Virus record (IMG/VR): IMGVR_UViG_3300045988_154091
Span: 1-29,724 of that record
Length of the DNA stretch: 29,724 nt
From: a virus
Direction: 5' to 3' (one strand)
Part shown: one piece after another, positions 17,106 through 24,869 of the stretch
How the letters are laid out: each line of letters opens with the position of its first letter
How positions within the stretch are numbered: the first letter of the stretch is position 1
The notes under the pieces: generated by a model
The model's database searches: none
Told to the model about the DNA's origin: nothing
What the model saw: the letters and a program-made list of their open reading frames with translations, nothing else
Made by a program: the position numbers and the translations under genes

Positions 17106-18059
17106 ATGCTTATCGTATACGCAGATTCGAAAATGGCGGACATCCAGGCGCTGCGCCCCGTATCCATGGAGTTCGCCTTCGGCTCCGATGAGAACGACTT
17201 CCAAGTCGTCATGCCCAAGGAGGCGCCGCAGCTCGATGCCCACGGCTACGTTTACGTCGACGGGACCGAGTACGGCGGCATGGTGGACAACGTGGCCCAC
17301 GATGCAGAGACGGACCAGATGACCTACACGGGCGCAACGTGGCACGGCCTGCTGGAAGGCAAGGTCATATGCCCGCCAGCGGGCAGCGACTACCGAAGCG
17401 TGTCGGGAACTGTGAACGCCGCAATCGCATCGGTGCTTAACGCCATCGGGCTCGATTCCGTCATGAGGGCAGCCGACACCTCTGGAGCATCGGTCTCCTA
17501 CCGCTTCAGCCGCTACACTGACGCGTACAGCGGCCTGCGGGCGATGCTCGCAACGGTCGGGCGGACACTGGTCATCACCTGCTCTGGCGGCACCGTGGAG
17601 GTTTCCAGTGCCCCAACGCGCACCCTGGACGCACGGGCCAGCACCGAGGTTTACGGAACGCCCGTGAACCACCTGGTTTGCCTTGGCAAGGGCGAGCTGT
17701 CGAACCGAACGGTCATCCACCTTTACGCCGATGCCAAGGGAAACGTGAGCACAACGCAGACGCTGAAGGGCGCGCTGGAGCGCACCAATGTTTACGACTA
17801 CAGCAACGCCGAGGCAGACGAGCTTCGCCAGAAGGGCATCAAGAAGCTCTCTGGCTATCAGGTTTTCCGCAAGGCCGACCTGCTCGACCTGAAAGGCGTT
17901 GAGCTGCATGTCGACGATGTGCTTGCCGCCTACGACAGCGTGACGGGCGTGAGCACAAGCGAGCCTGTATCCAAGGTCATAGCATCGTTCGACCGCCTGG
18001 GCTTCAAGACCGTCAAGTACGAATCTGGCGATTCCAAGGCATCGGCAACCGACTACTAG
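17106..18059 (+). CDS. Tail-associated protein (Tal-like / baseplate hub)
   Basis: 317 aa following Dit. Confidence 0.45.
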   Translation: MLIVYADSKMADIQALRPVSMEFAFGSDENDFQVVMPKEAPQLDAHGYVYVDGTEYGGMVDNVAHDAETDQMTYTGATWHGLLEGKVICPPAGSDYRSVSGTVNAAIASVLNAIGLDSVMRAADTSGASVSYRFSRYTDAYSGLRAMLATVGRTLVITCSGGTVEVSSAPTRTLDARASTEVYGTPVNHLVCLGKGELSNRTVIHLYADAKGNVSTTQTLKGALERTNVYDYSNAEADELRQKGIKKLSGYQVFRKADLLDLKGVELHVDDVLAAYDSVTGVSTSEPVSKVIASFDRLGFKTVKYESGDSKASATDY

Positions 18060-18121
18060 GCTGCCACGTCGCCCTGTGACGCTGAAAGCATCATCATCGC
18101 AACGAATGAAAGGACATCACC

Positions 18122-18886
18122 ATGGCAATCGAGCTCGTTACTGGCAAGGCTGGCGTTCCGCACGTCGACAGCGAGGACGTTGGCGCATTCAACGCGTACT
18201 CACTCGGCAGCGGGGCATACATCATGAGCGGCTGCAAGGTCACGGCGAAGAGCGCCAACAGCATCAGCATCGCGGCTGGCGAGATCCTGTGGGAAGGCCG
18301 CCACATCCGCGTGAAGGGCAGCGGCGAGAGCCTTGCGGTCGACAACGGGCAGACGGGCTACAACCGCCGCGACCTCATCACGCTGAACTACGACAAGGAC
18401 TCCAACGGCATCGAGAGCGCTTCCTTCAAAATCGTGAAGGGCACCGCCACCACAGGCACGGCAGCGGACCCATCAGTGAAGGTCGGCAGCATACTTGCTG
18501 GCGACACGTCCGCCGTTATCCCGTTCGCACGCATCGCGTTGAGCGGCCTTTCGGTTGCAACGCCTACCGTCCTGCTCGGCAGCCTGCCCAGCCTTGCCTC
18601 CCTTCGGGATTCCGTATCCTCAATATGCTCAAAGAACTTCACGGTCTCGCAATCGAGTACGCCTTACGGTGGGACACTGGAGAAGGTTATCGACATATCG
18701 ATGGAAGGATACAAACCCCTCGGTATTGTCGGCTTTACGAGCAATCATAATGGCAGTTTCCCCTTTACGGAATGCTGCTTTATCGACGATACCCACGCAA
18801 GGGTTGCCTTTATGAACCTCGTCCCAAACCAGGGCGACTGGGGCTACTCGGAAGCGACAATAACCGTCCTCTATATCAAGCAGTGA
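18122..18886 (+). CDS. Tail fiber / receptor-binding protein: constant N-terminus plus currently expressed variable C-terminal cassette 1
   Basis: 254 aa. RBS aaaggacatcacc. GC falls sharply after about 18600. A recombination core sits at 18605-18619 (junction RDSVS) and another overlaps the stop codon. Confidence 0.6.
   Translation: MAIELVTGKAGVPHVDSEDVGAFNAYSLGSGAYIMSGCKVTAKSANSISIAAGEILWEGRHIRVKGSGESLAVDNGQTGYNRRDLITLNYDKDSNGIESASFKIVKGTATTGTAADPSVKVGSILAGDTSAVIPFARIALSGLSVATPTVLLGSLPSLASLRDSVSSICSKNFTVSQSSTPYGGTLEKVIDISMEGYKPLGIVGFTSNHNGSFPFTECCFIDDTHARVAFMNLVPNQGDWGYSEATITVLYIKQ
18605..18619 (+). other. Recombination site A: core cgggattccgtatcc at the constant/variable junction of the RBP gene
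   Basis: 12/12 identity (14/15 extended) with sites C and B. It encodes R-D-S-V-S in the RBP frame. Confidence 0.6.
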
Positions 18887-18897
18887 TTCCGTATCCC
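18883..18897 (+). other. Recombination site C: core gtgattccgtatccc overlapping the RBP stop codon
   Basis: 15/15 identity with the reverse complement of site B. In the cassette frame it reads D-S-V-S and continues without a stop into ORF 18936..19193. Confidence 0.6.
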
Positions 18898-19193
18898 CAT
18901 CGAGCTTTCTGAACAGCGAATCCCTGAAGATAACCATGATAGGCAAGCTGGCCATCGTACACGCCAACTGGCTCCCATGCGCAGTCAGCGGTGGTGGATG
19001 GAAGAGCATCTATACTCTTCCAGACGAGCTGAAGCCCGAGAATGAGATCTACGAGAACGCATTAGCATCGACCTCGGCATCTGATTTCTATCCCACCATC
19101 ATGCGCATAGGCAATGACGGCGTTATACAGGTAAACGCTATGGGCAAGTCATTGCACAACATTTACTTCTCGGCAGTATACGTGGTAGCCTGA
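18898..19193 (+). CDS. Promoterless alternative RBP C-terminal cassette 3, direct orientation
   Basis: Open from site C in the DSVS frame (DSVSPSSFLNSESLKITMIGKLAIVHANW...) through ORF 18936..19193. Paralogous to the C-terminus of 18122..18886 (YKPLGIVGFTSNHNG versus MIGKLAIVHANWLP). Low GC. No RBS of its own. Confidence 0.45.
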
Positions 19194-19264
19194 CGCGCCA
19201 TGACCTTCTGATGCCACACCCGACTGCCCTCCCCACGTTACACGGGGCAGGTTGTCTACACGGT

Positions 19265-19645
19265 TTAGCGCACCCACGTAAACGAGAAGCGCATTTCAGA
19301 ACCATCTCCAAGATTAGTGTCTTTGATCATCCATAGATGGGGATCGGAGCCGCCGCAAAGGCGGCAACCCACGGGCTTGTTCTCGCCTCTGATGTTCCTT
19401 TGCTGCTCGCTGTCGAACTCTACAGGTAGGTATTCGCCGATCTTCGCGAGACCGTCAGAGTCAACCAACTCGGTAAATTCGTTTATAGTACGCGTGGTGA
19501 TTGCGTTGATATAGAGCGCGCAGAAGTTTCCGCAGACATTGAGCTGAACAGGCGCTTTTGAGTTCCCGCGAGTCGTCATGCATGGCGAGTTGAAGTAAAA
19601 CGTTTTCGTCTGGGATACGGAATCACGCCCCGACGATCCGTTCAC
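19265..19645 (-). CDS. Promoterless alternative RBP C-terminal cassette 2, inverted orientation
   Basis: The minus-strand ORF begins, at its upstream end, with the same core that encodes RDSVS (GSSGRDSVSQTKTF...). Its C-terminal part is paralogous to cassette 1 (VGCRLCGGSDPHLWMIKDTNLGDG versus FTECCFIDDTHARVAFMNLVPNQGDWG). Low GC. Confidence 0.5.
   Translation of the reverse strand: MNGSSGRDSVSQTKTFYFNSPCMTTRGNSKAPVQLNVCGNFCALYINAITTRTINEFTELVDSDGLAKIGEYLPVEFDSEQQRNIRGENKPVGCRLCGGSDPHLWMIKDTNLGDGSEMRFSFTWVR
19612..19628 (-). other. Recombination site B: inverted core (reverse complement cgtgattccgtatccca)
   Basis: Inverted copy of the site A/C core. It overlaps the 3' end of the recombinase gene and the upstream end of the inverted cassette. 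Confidence 0.6.
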
Positions 19646-20504
19646 TCACCAGCGCCTGAACGCCCGCGCAAATCTTGCGCGTCGGCTGAAGGTAATACTG
19701 CGCGGTTGTGTTGATTGAGCCGTGCCCCAACATCATCGCCACAGCTTCGATCCCTGCACCCGCTTCGACCGCGATCGTCGCCCACGTGTGGCGGCGCTGG
19801 TACATGGAGACGTACGGCAGCGCTTGCCTTCTGCACCATGCCTTGATGTGCCTTGCGACCTGCGATGGCTTGAGCGCGCCGATCACGCGCTCCTTCGGTC
19901 TGCTTTGCTCGTGCCAAATTGCGCGCAACCGATCAAGGGCGAAGCGCGGTAGGTAAACCGTCCGTTCCGACTTCTCAGTTTTCGGTAGATACACGTGAAG
20001 CAGCCCTCTCACCTCCTGCAACGTGCGGCGCACATGCACGGCACCTGACCTCATGTCGATGTCGCTCCACTTCATGCCGTAGGTTTCGCCCGGTCTCAAT
20101 CCGAGCACCGACGAGAGGATCACGGCAGGCTCCAGCTCGTGCCCCCAGAAGCCGCGGAGCGTGGTCGCCACCTCATCGGCTGTGAGCACGTGCTTCTCTG
20201 GCTTCGGCTTGCGTGGCAACTCGATCCCTTGCGTGGGGTCCCAGATGCGTATGCCGAGGTTGGCGATCGACCAGCGGATCACCTGGCGCAACGTCTTGAA
20301 CGCCTTCGCGGCAGCGCCTGGCAGCTCAAAGCTGTCCACCCACTCCTGTATCGCCTCATGCGTTATGTCGGCTATCTCCATGTCCCCGAACCTTGGCACC
20401 ACATGCAGGCGCAGGGCGCTCGCGTAGCCTTCGCACGTGTTGGCGCGGCGGCGCTTGCGCTTGGCTGGCAGGTAGTGGCTGTAGGCGATTTCTTTCAGGT
20501 TCAT
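19623..20504 (-). CDS. Small tyrosine site-specific recombinase; candidate tail-fiber cassette invertase (Rci/Xer-like)
   Basis: ORF 19623..20642 on the minus strand. The likely true start is the ATG at 20504 (MNLKEIAY...), preceded by a purine-rich RBS. Catalytic-region motifs VHVRRTL, RRHTWAT (HxxR) and LGHGSINTTAQYY (Tyr). 293 aa. Confidence 0.7.
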   Translation of the reverse strand: MNLKEIAYSHYLPAKRKRRRANTCEGYASALRLHVVPRFGDMEIADITHEAIQEWVDSFELPGAAAKAFKTLRQVIRWSIANLGIRIWDPTQGIELPRKPKPEKHVLTADEVATTLRGFWGHELEPAVILSSVLGLRPGETYGMKWSDIDMRSGAVHVRRTLQEVRGLLHVYLPKTEKSERTVYLPRFALDRLRAIWHEQSRPKERVIGALKPSQVARHIKAWCRRQALPYVSMYQRRHTWATIAVEAGAGIEAVAMMLGHGSINTTAQYYLQPTRKICAGVQALVSERIVGA

Positions 20505-20651
20505 TTCCTCTTCCTTCCCGCCTGAAAATCCCAGGCATAAAAGCACGTCAACTGCATATTCGCTCGCCTGGGATTTTCTGGAGGCGAAAAGCGCCGCCAG
20601 TGACGCGAACCGCACACTCGAACGGTCAAGAGACGCTTCCAACGCAGGGAG

Positions 20652-20981
20652 GTGATGGACTTGCCAGAAGTGTCTTCAATGGTCGGCTGGGTACTTGCTC
20701 CGCTTCTCTCCGCCTGCGTGGGCTACCTGCTCGCTGCGGTGCGCGGATTCGCCAAGCGAGGCAGCCAGCACGACAAGGCGATGGAGCAGGGAATGCGCGC
20801 ACTCTTGCGCCAGCAGCTCATCGACTACCACCGCGACTACGTTGTGTCTGGGCACGCTTGCCCCGTCTGCGTGAAGGAGCAGGCTACCAGCGTGTACGCC
20901 GCCTACCACGACCTCGGAGGCAACGGAACAGGAACAAAGCTGTACCAGGAAATCATGAACACACATGTAGAGGAGAATTGA
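20652..20981 (+). CDS. Holin-like membrane protein (single N-terminal TM)
   Basis: 109 aa. N-terminal TM MVGWVLAPLLSACVGYLLAAV followed by a charged C-terminus. Sits immediately upstream of the holin/endolysin genes. Confidence 0.4.
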   Translation: MMDLPEVSSMVGWVLAPLLSACVGYLLAAVRGFAKRGSQHDKAMEQGMRALLRQQLIDYHRDYVVSGHACPVCVKEQATSVYAAYHDLGGNGTGTKLYQEIMNTHVEEN

Positions 20982-21226
20982 TGGAACAAGAAGAAGACAA
21001 GAAGCCGCCCCAATGGCTCATGCCTAACAAGGTGTACGACGGGCTGAAGTGGGTCGGCCTGATCGTGTGCCCCGCGGCGGCGACCGCGGTGCTAGGCATC
21101 GGCGGCGCGTTCGGGTGGCAGGACGCGGCGGCAGCAGCAACGGTGATCACCACCGTCGGCACCTTCATCGGCGCATGCATCGGCATCAGCGCCACGGCTA
21201 AAGGCGGCGGCGATGGAGGGCGATAA
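20981..21226 (+). CDS. Holin (two TM helices)
   Basis: tgATG overlap with the upstream gene. 81 aa with two hydrophobic helices (LKWVGLIVCPAAATAVLGIGGAFGW and AATVITTVGTFIGACIGISA). Confidence 0.55.
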   Translation: MEQEEDKKPPQWLMPNKVYDGLKWVGLIVCPAAATAVLGIGGAFGWQDAAAAATVITTVGTFIGACIGISATAKGGGDGGR

Positions 21227-22346
21227 GAAGCAGAAGCGCGCGTTCGCGCAGGTCGTCGCGATGCTCTCCGCCCTGATGCTGGCGGCAACGCTCATGGTTC
21301 CAGCCAGCGCCTACGCCTACACGCAGAAGGAGACGATCTGCAACCAAGGCCACGGCAGCATCACGCCTCAGTACCTTGTCATTCATGAGACGGCAAACCC
21401 AGGGGCAAGCGCATACAACCACTATCGCCTGTACTCCCGTGGCTACTCTTATGCCGTGCATTACGTCATGGAGCTTGACGGCAGCGTGGTCTACCACACG
21501 ATGGCGGACAACCGAAAGAGCTGGTCGGTCGGCAACGGAAACTCGCGTGTTGTGAGCATCGAGCTTGCCCACGCAACCAACAAGGCCGATTTCGACAAGC
21601 AATGGGAGCAGGCCGTCAAGTGGGCAGGCGACTACCTCAATAGCCGCGGCTGGGGCATCGACCGCATGATCAGCCACAACGACGCTCGCCTCATGTTCGG
21701 CGGCACCGACCATCAGGATCCGCTGAGCTACTTCGCGAGCTACGGCAAGAGCTGGAACCAGTTCAAGTCCGCTGTGCGCGATTACATGGGCACTGGCCAG
21801 ACTGGCGGCACCGTGGAGCAGGGCGAGGCACAGCAGCCAACTGCCAGCGCATCCAGCTCCAATAGCATGGGCGTGTACACCACCACCGCATCGGCACTGT
21901 GCGTGCGCAAGGGCCCTGGGACCGGCTACGCCCGTGTCTCCTATGGCGGCTTGACGGCCAACGCGAAGCAGCACGCCTACACGAACGGCTGCTTGAAGCA
22001 GGGAACCCGAGTGACCGTGATGGAGGTGCGAGGCAACTGGGCGCGTATCCCAAGCGGCTGGATCTGCTTGCAGTACACCACGTATGGTGGCGGCAACGCT
22101 ACAGCGACCACGGCATCTAGCACGGGCACGTACCGCGTGACCGCGTCAGCGCTCAACGTGCGCTATGGCGCAGGCACCGGCTACTCCAAGGTTCCGTACC
22201 GCAACCTCACAGCCAACGCGAAGCAGCACGCCTACGGTAATGGCTGCCTGAAGCGCGGAACCCGCGTCACCGTTAGCGAGGTGCGCGGCAACTGGGCGCG
22301 TATCCCCAGCGGCTGGGTCAGCATGGACTACCTGGCTCGCGTCTAA
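21213..22346 (+). CDS. Endolysin: signal-peptide N-acetylmuramoyl-L-alanine amidase (Amidase_2/PGRP) with two C-terminal SH3b-like repeats
   Basis: N-terminal signal-like KRAFAQVVAMLSALMLAATLMVPASAYA. Amidase motifs HETANPGASAYNH ... SWSVGNGNSRVVSIELAH ... ISHNDARL. Two roughly 75-aa repeats (…TASALNVRYGAGTGY…GTRVTV.EVRGNWARIPSGW…). Confidence 0.75.
   Translation: MEGDKKQKRAFAQVVAMLSALMLAATLMVPASAYAYTQKETICNQGHGSITPQYLVIHETANPGASAYNHYRLYSRGYSYAVHYVMELDGSVVYHTMADNRKSWSVGNGNSRVVSIELAHATNKADFDKQWEQAVKWAGDYLNSRGWGIDRMISHNDARLMFGGTDHQDPLSYFASYGKSWNQFKSAVRDYMGTGQTGGTVEQGEAQQPTASASSSNSMGVYTTTASALCVRKGPGTGYARVSYGGLTANAKQHAYTNGCLKQGTRVTVMEVRGNWARIPSGWICLQYTTYGGGNATATTASSTGTYRVTASALNVRYGAGTGYSKVPYRNLTANAKQHAYGNGCLKRGTRVTVSEVRGNWARIPSGWVSMDYLARV
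21866..22343 (+). repeat. Tandem duplicated SH3b-encoding units within the endolysin gene (about 21866-22095 and about 22122-22343)
   Basis: The two repeat units are similar at nucleotide and protein level (e.g. ggcaactgggcgcgtatccc(a/c)agcggctgg). Confidence 0.6.
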
Positions 22347-22422
22347 TCGCGGCAGACTATGGCACCCGCGGGAATCGAGCCAAGGGCTTTGGTCTATCGG
22401 GGGCATAAGAACGGGGCACCTG

Positions 22423-22455
22423 GCATTGCGCTGGGTGCCCCTCTTTTGTGCCTAA
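22423..22455 (+). terminator. Rho-independent terminator after the lysis cassette
   Basis: ggggcacc-tggcattgcgctg-ggtgcccc hairpin followed by tcttttgtg. Confidence 0.55.
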
Positions 22456-22518
22456 AAAAGGGTCTTGTGCAATTTTTGGCGCGAATCTTTGCACAACTTT
22501 GTGCACAAAAAGAAAAAG

Positions 22519-22552
22519 GTCAGAGCGTTCTCACGCTCTGACCTGCTGTTTC
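22519..22552. terminator. Perfect hairpin ggtcagagcg-ttctc-acgctctgacc with a flanking T-run (possibly bidirectional)
   Basis: 10-bp perfect stem followed by tgctgtttcgg. Preceded by an A-run. Confidence 0.5.
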
Positions 22553-22554
22553 GG

Positions 22555-22590
22555 TGGTGCGCCGTGAGGGAATCGAACCCGCGGCCTTGG
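22555..22590 (-). other. attP core: 3'-terminal fragment of a tRNA gene (T-arm plus acceptor 3' strand plus CCA), minus strand
   Basis: The minus strand reads ...GCGGGTTCGATTCCCTCACGGCGCACCA, with a canonical GGTTCGATTCC T-loop. No matching 5' acceptor strand lies upstream, so this is a fragment and not a complete tRNA. Confidence 0.6.
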
Positions 22591-22931
22591 GATTAAAAGT
22601 CAGGAGGAGCCGACTTCTGGTGTTTCAGCCCGTCATATTCCGTCTTGCTACATGCGTTTTCGCACGAACAGGAAGGCAGGCGGCTCATTTGGTTGTGCAC
22701 AAGGTGTGCAGCATTGCACAACTCCTTGCACATGCTCCCTGTGACACCCAAATCATAATGCAAAGCGTCACGTTCGGGCTTTCGGAAACCATGCGTTTCC
22801 TCTCCCTCCTAACCGGTTTGGCCCGTGCGCGCACCTCCTTTCTGGGGAACGGCCCGCCGCCCATCATCTTTCCCTTTCGTTTGGTTGACGTTACTTTCTG
22901 CATTGGCGGCGGGCTGACCCCACGAAACCGA

Positions 22932-22960
22932 AAGGCCGCATTCCGCGGCCTTTTCTTGTT
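22932..22960. terminator. Hairpin aaggccgc-attc-gcggcctt with a T-run, downstream of the integrase gene
   Basis: 8-bp stem followed by ttcttgttt. Confidence 0.45.
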
Positions 22961-22986
22961 TAAGTACTTACATATATATAGGTAAG

Positions 22987-24090
22987 CTATTCCGACGGAT
23001 TGCCCAACACGGATACGACGCTTGCAAGCTGCTCGGCGCTCATGCGGTCGTAGTGCTGGAAGGTTACCGTCGGCGTTGCATGCCCCAGAAGCTTCGCGAC
23101 GGTGCCCAGATCGACCCCCTTGGCGTGGAGCATGGTGGCGTAGCTATTGCGCAGGTTCATCCACGGCACGTAGCGGTGCGGCTTGCCGAAGTGCCACCGC
23201 TTGTACGCCGCACTCATAAGATCAGGATTCAGCGGCTCGCAGTCGTCGCCCTCGCAAACCCAGGTGTCCCCCAGCCGCTCGAAGCTTATTTCACGCAACC
23301 TCTGGGCGTAGGGCATCGGTATGACGGCTTCGCGGTAGCTCCCCTCGGTCTTCAGCTTCACGATGCGCACGCCGCCCTTGGCGTTCTGCGCCCCGCGCTG
23401 CACGCGCACGACGGCGTAGCCGTCCTGGAAGCCAATGTCTCCCCATTGCGCCCCGAACGCCTCCTCACGGCGAAGCCCTCCGAACGCCGACAGTATGAAC
23501 GGCGCTTCCCAGCGCTCCCCCCTGGCATCGGCCAGGATGGCGGCGAGCTCCGCTTCCGTATGCACCGATTCGGACACCTCGCGGCTGCTCTTCTGCGGCT
23601 TGGGCGGCAGCTGATAGCGCTTTGTGAAGGGTGACTCGTTGCACATGTCGTTGTCGACGGCGAACGAGAACATGGCGCGGAACACGGCGAGCGCCTTCTT
23701 CGCGCTGCCGTAGGTCATGCCGTCAAGCCACTCCTGAACCTCGGCCTTCCTGATGGAATCCAGCTCGCGCCCCCCGAAGGTCGGCTCTATCGCGGTGCGG
23801 TAGGCGCTCTCGTAGCCCTCTACGGTGGAAGGAGCAAGACGCTCGATGTGCTTGCTGTAATGCTGCCCCCAAAGCCTGGAAACCGTCATGACGGCAGGGC
23901 TTGCGCGGAACCGATCGTGCTCTATGCGCAGCTCCGCCAGGCGCTTCGATGCGTCCTTCTTGGTTCCGTGCACCGTCTCGTACCCCTGGCGGCGCTTGCC
24001 TGTGCTGGGGTCGCTGGGCAGCGGGTAGCGCAAGCGCCAGATGCCAGGGCCAGCCGCCTGGATGCTGCCCCATGCGCTTCTCCTGGCCAT
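22987..24090 (-). CDS. int: Phage integrase (tyrosine recombinase)
   Basis: 367 aa. C-terminal catalytic motifs RIVKLKTEGSYREAVIP, LRNSYATMLHAKGVD (HxxR-like) and LLGHATPTVTFQHY (Tyr). Next to attP and co-oriented with the repressor gene. Confidence 0.8.
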   Translation of the reverse strand: MARRSAWGSIQAAGPGIWRLRYPLPSDPSTGKRRQGYETVHGTKKDASKRLAELRIEHDRFRASPAVMTVSRLWGQHYSKHIERLAPSTVEGYESAYRTAIEPTFGGRELDSIRKAEVQEWLDGMTYGSAKKALAVFRAMFSFAVDNDMCNESPFTKRYQLPPKPQKSSREVSESVHTEAELAAILADARGERWEAPFILSAFGGLRREEAFGAQWGDIGFQDGYAVVRVQRGAQNAKGGVRIVKLKTEGSYREAVIPMPYAQRLREISFERLGDTWVCEGDDCEPLNPDLMSAAYKRWHFGKPHRYVPWMNLRNSYATMLHAKGVDLGTVAKLLGHATPTVTFQHYDRMSAEQLASVVSVLGNPSE

Positions 24091-24093
24091 GGG

Positions 24094-24732
24094 CTAGCGC
24101 CTTCCGAAGTCCATGGAGGCGTACACGGCGCGCCCAAGGAAGCGCAGGCTCGGGGCGTTGGGGTCGGTCTGATCGACGACTATGCGGTGGAAGGAATCGC
24201 TGGTGCTCTCTGGGGAAAGTATGGCAAGGCCGTCCGTGAGCTTCAGGCGGCGCAGGATGGGGCTGCCGCCGCCGACCTCGGCAAGGGCCAAGTCACCGTC
24301 GGCAACATCGCGTGACGTGTCTATGAGCACGTGGGAGCCAGGCGCGAAAGCCAGGTTCATGCTCTCGTCCTCCTGGGTTACGAAGAAGTTGCCCTCACGG
24401 CAGTACTTTGCCGGGCACGGTATCGGCTCTTCCCCGCCCTCGACATGCAGGAAGGAATCGGCAGGAACGGGCTTGGCCTGCGCGGGATCGGTTGCCGCGC
24501 TGATGCCGCTTCGCTTTGCGAGGTAGCCGCTCTCTGACACGAGATCGTCGACTGAAACGCCGAACAGCTCCGCAATGTGCGCCAGCATTTTCTGGCGCGG
24601 CGGTATGTTCCTGGTTTCCCATCCGCTTACGGTAGTAATCGTCACACCTACTTTTTCGGCGAACTCCGTTTGCGTCAAATCGTTATTCTCACGCAGCGCC
24701 TTTATGTTTCGCCCAGTCGCTGATCTCTCCAT
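24094..24732 (-). CDS. CI-like repressor: XRE-family HTH plus S24 (LexA-like) peptidase domain
   Basis: ORF 24094..24735. ATG at 24732. N-terminal HTH LTQTEFAEKVGVTITTVSGWE. The C-terminal region has an S24-like Ser motif (DESM) and Lys (LRRLKL). The stop codon lies 3 nt upstream of the int start. Confidence 0.7.
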   Translation of the reverse strand: MERSATGRNIKALRENNDLTQTEFAEKVGVTITTVSGWETRNIPPRQKMLAHIAELFGVSVDDLVSESGYLAKRSGISAATDPAQAKPVPADSFLHVEGGEEPIPCPAKYCREGNFFVTQEDESMNLAFAPGSHVLIDTSRDVADGDLALAEVGGGSPILRRLKLTDGLAILSPESTSDSFHRIVVDQTDPNAPSLRFLGRAVYASMDFGRR

Positions 24733-24735
24733 CAA

Positions 24736-24869
24736 TGCCCCCTTCTCGGTGAGCTTTCTCTTTTATATATAAGTTTAGGAAATAAACAAAATATTGATAT
24801 AAGTTTATTATTTACAATTCATTGTTTATAACCTATAGCTACAACTACCAAAGGAAAGGGGTATCCAGA
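24736..24869. promoter_or_regulatory. Divergent early promoter/operator region
   Basis: AT-rich. Direct repeats gatataagtttag and gatataagtttat (24767 and 24797). Inverted repeat AATAAAC-N15-GTTTATT. Palindrome ACAATTCATTGT. A further TAAGTTTTATTA copy lies at about 25109. Confidence 0.5.

Larger units (their letters stand above)
22463..22740. promoter_or_regulatory. attP region: arm-type palindromic repeats TTGTGCACAA / TTGCACAA flanking the core
   Basis: At least six copies: 22465-22475, 22489-22496, 22498-22507, 22693-22702, 22704-22722 and 22727-22735. TTGTGCACAA is a perfect palindrome. The copies lie on both sides of the tRNA-like core. Confidence 0.5.

Noticed and set aside
18883-19193. 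Direct fusion of cassette 3 to the RBP by simple A-by-C recombination.
   Set aside because: A and C are in direct orientation, so A-by-C recombination would delete cassette 1 rather than invert it. Access by sequential inversion via site B is considered more likely. Deletion cannot be excluded.
19623-20642. Full 339-aa version of the small recombinase starting at TTG 20642.
   Set aside because: The extension has no RBS. An internal ATG at 20504 with a purine-rich RBS gives a typical tyrosine recombinase of about 293 aa. The extension is probably non-coding promoter region.
22545-22640. Possible complete tRNA gene.
   Set aside because: Only the T-arm, the acceptor 3' strand and CCA are present on the minus strand. 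The expected 5' acceptor strand (GCGCCGT) and the D-arm are absent. It is interpreted as the attP core and not as a functional tRNA.
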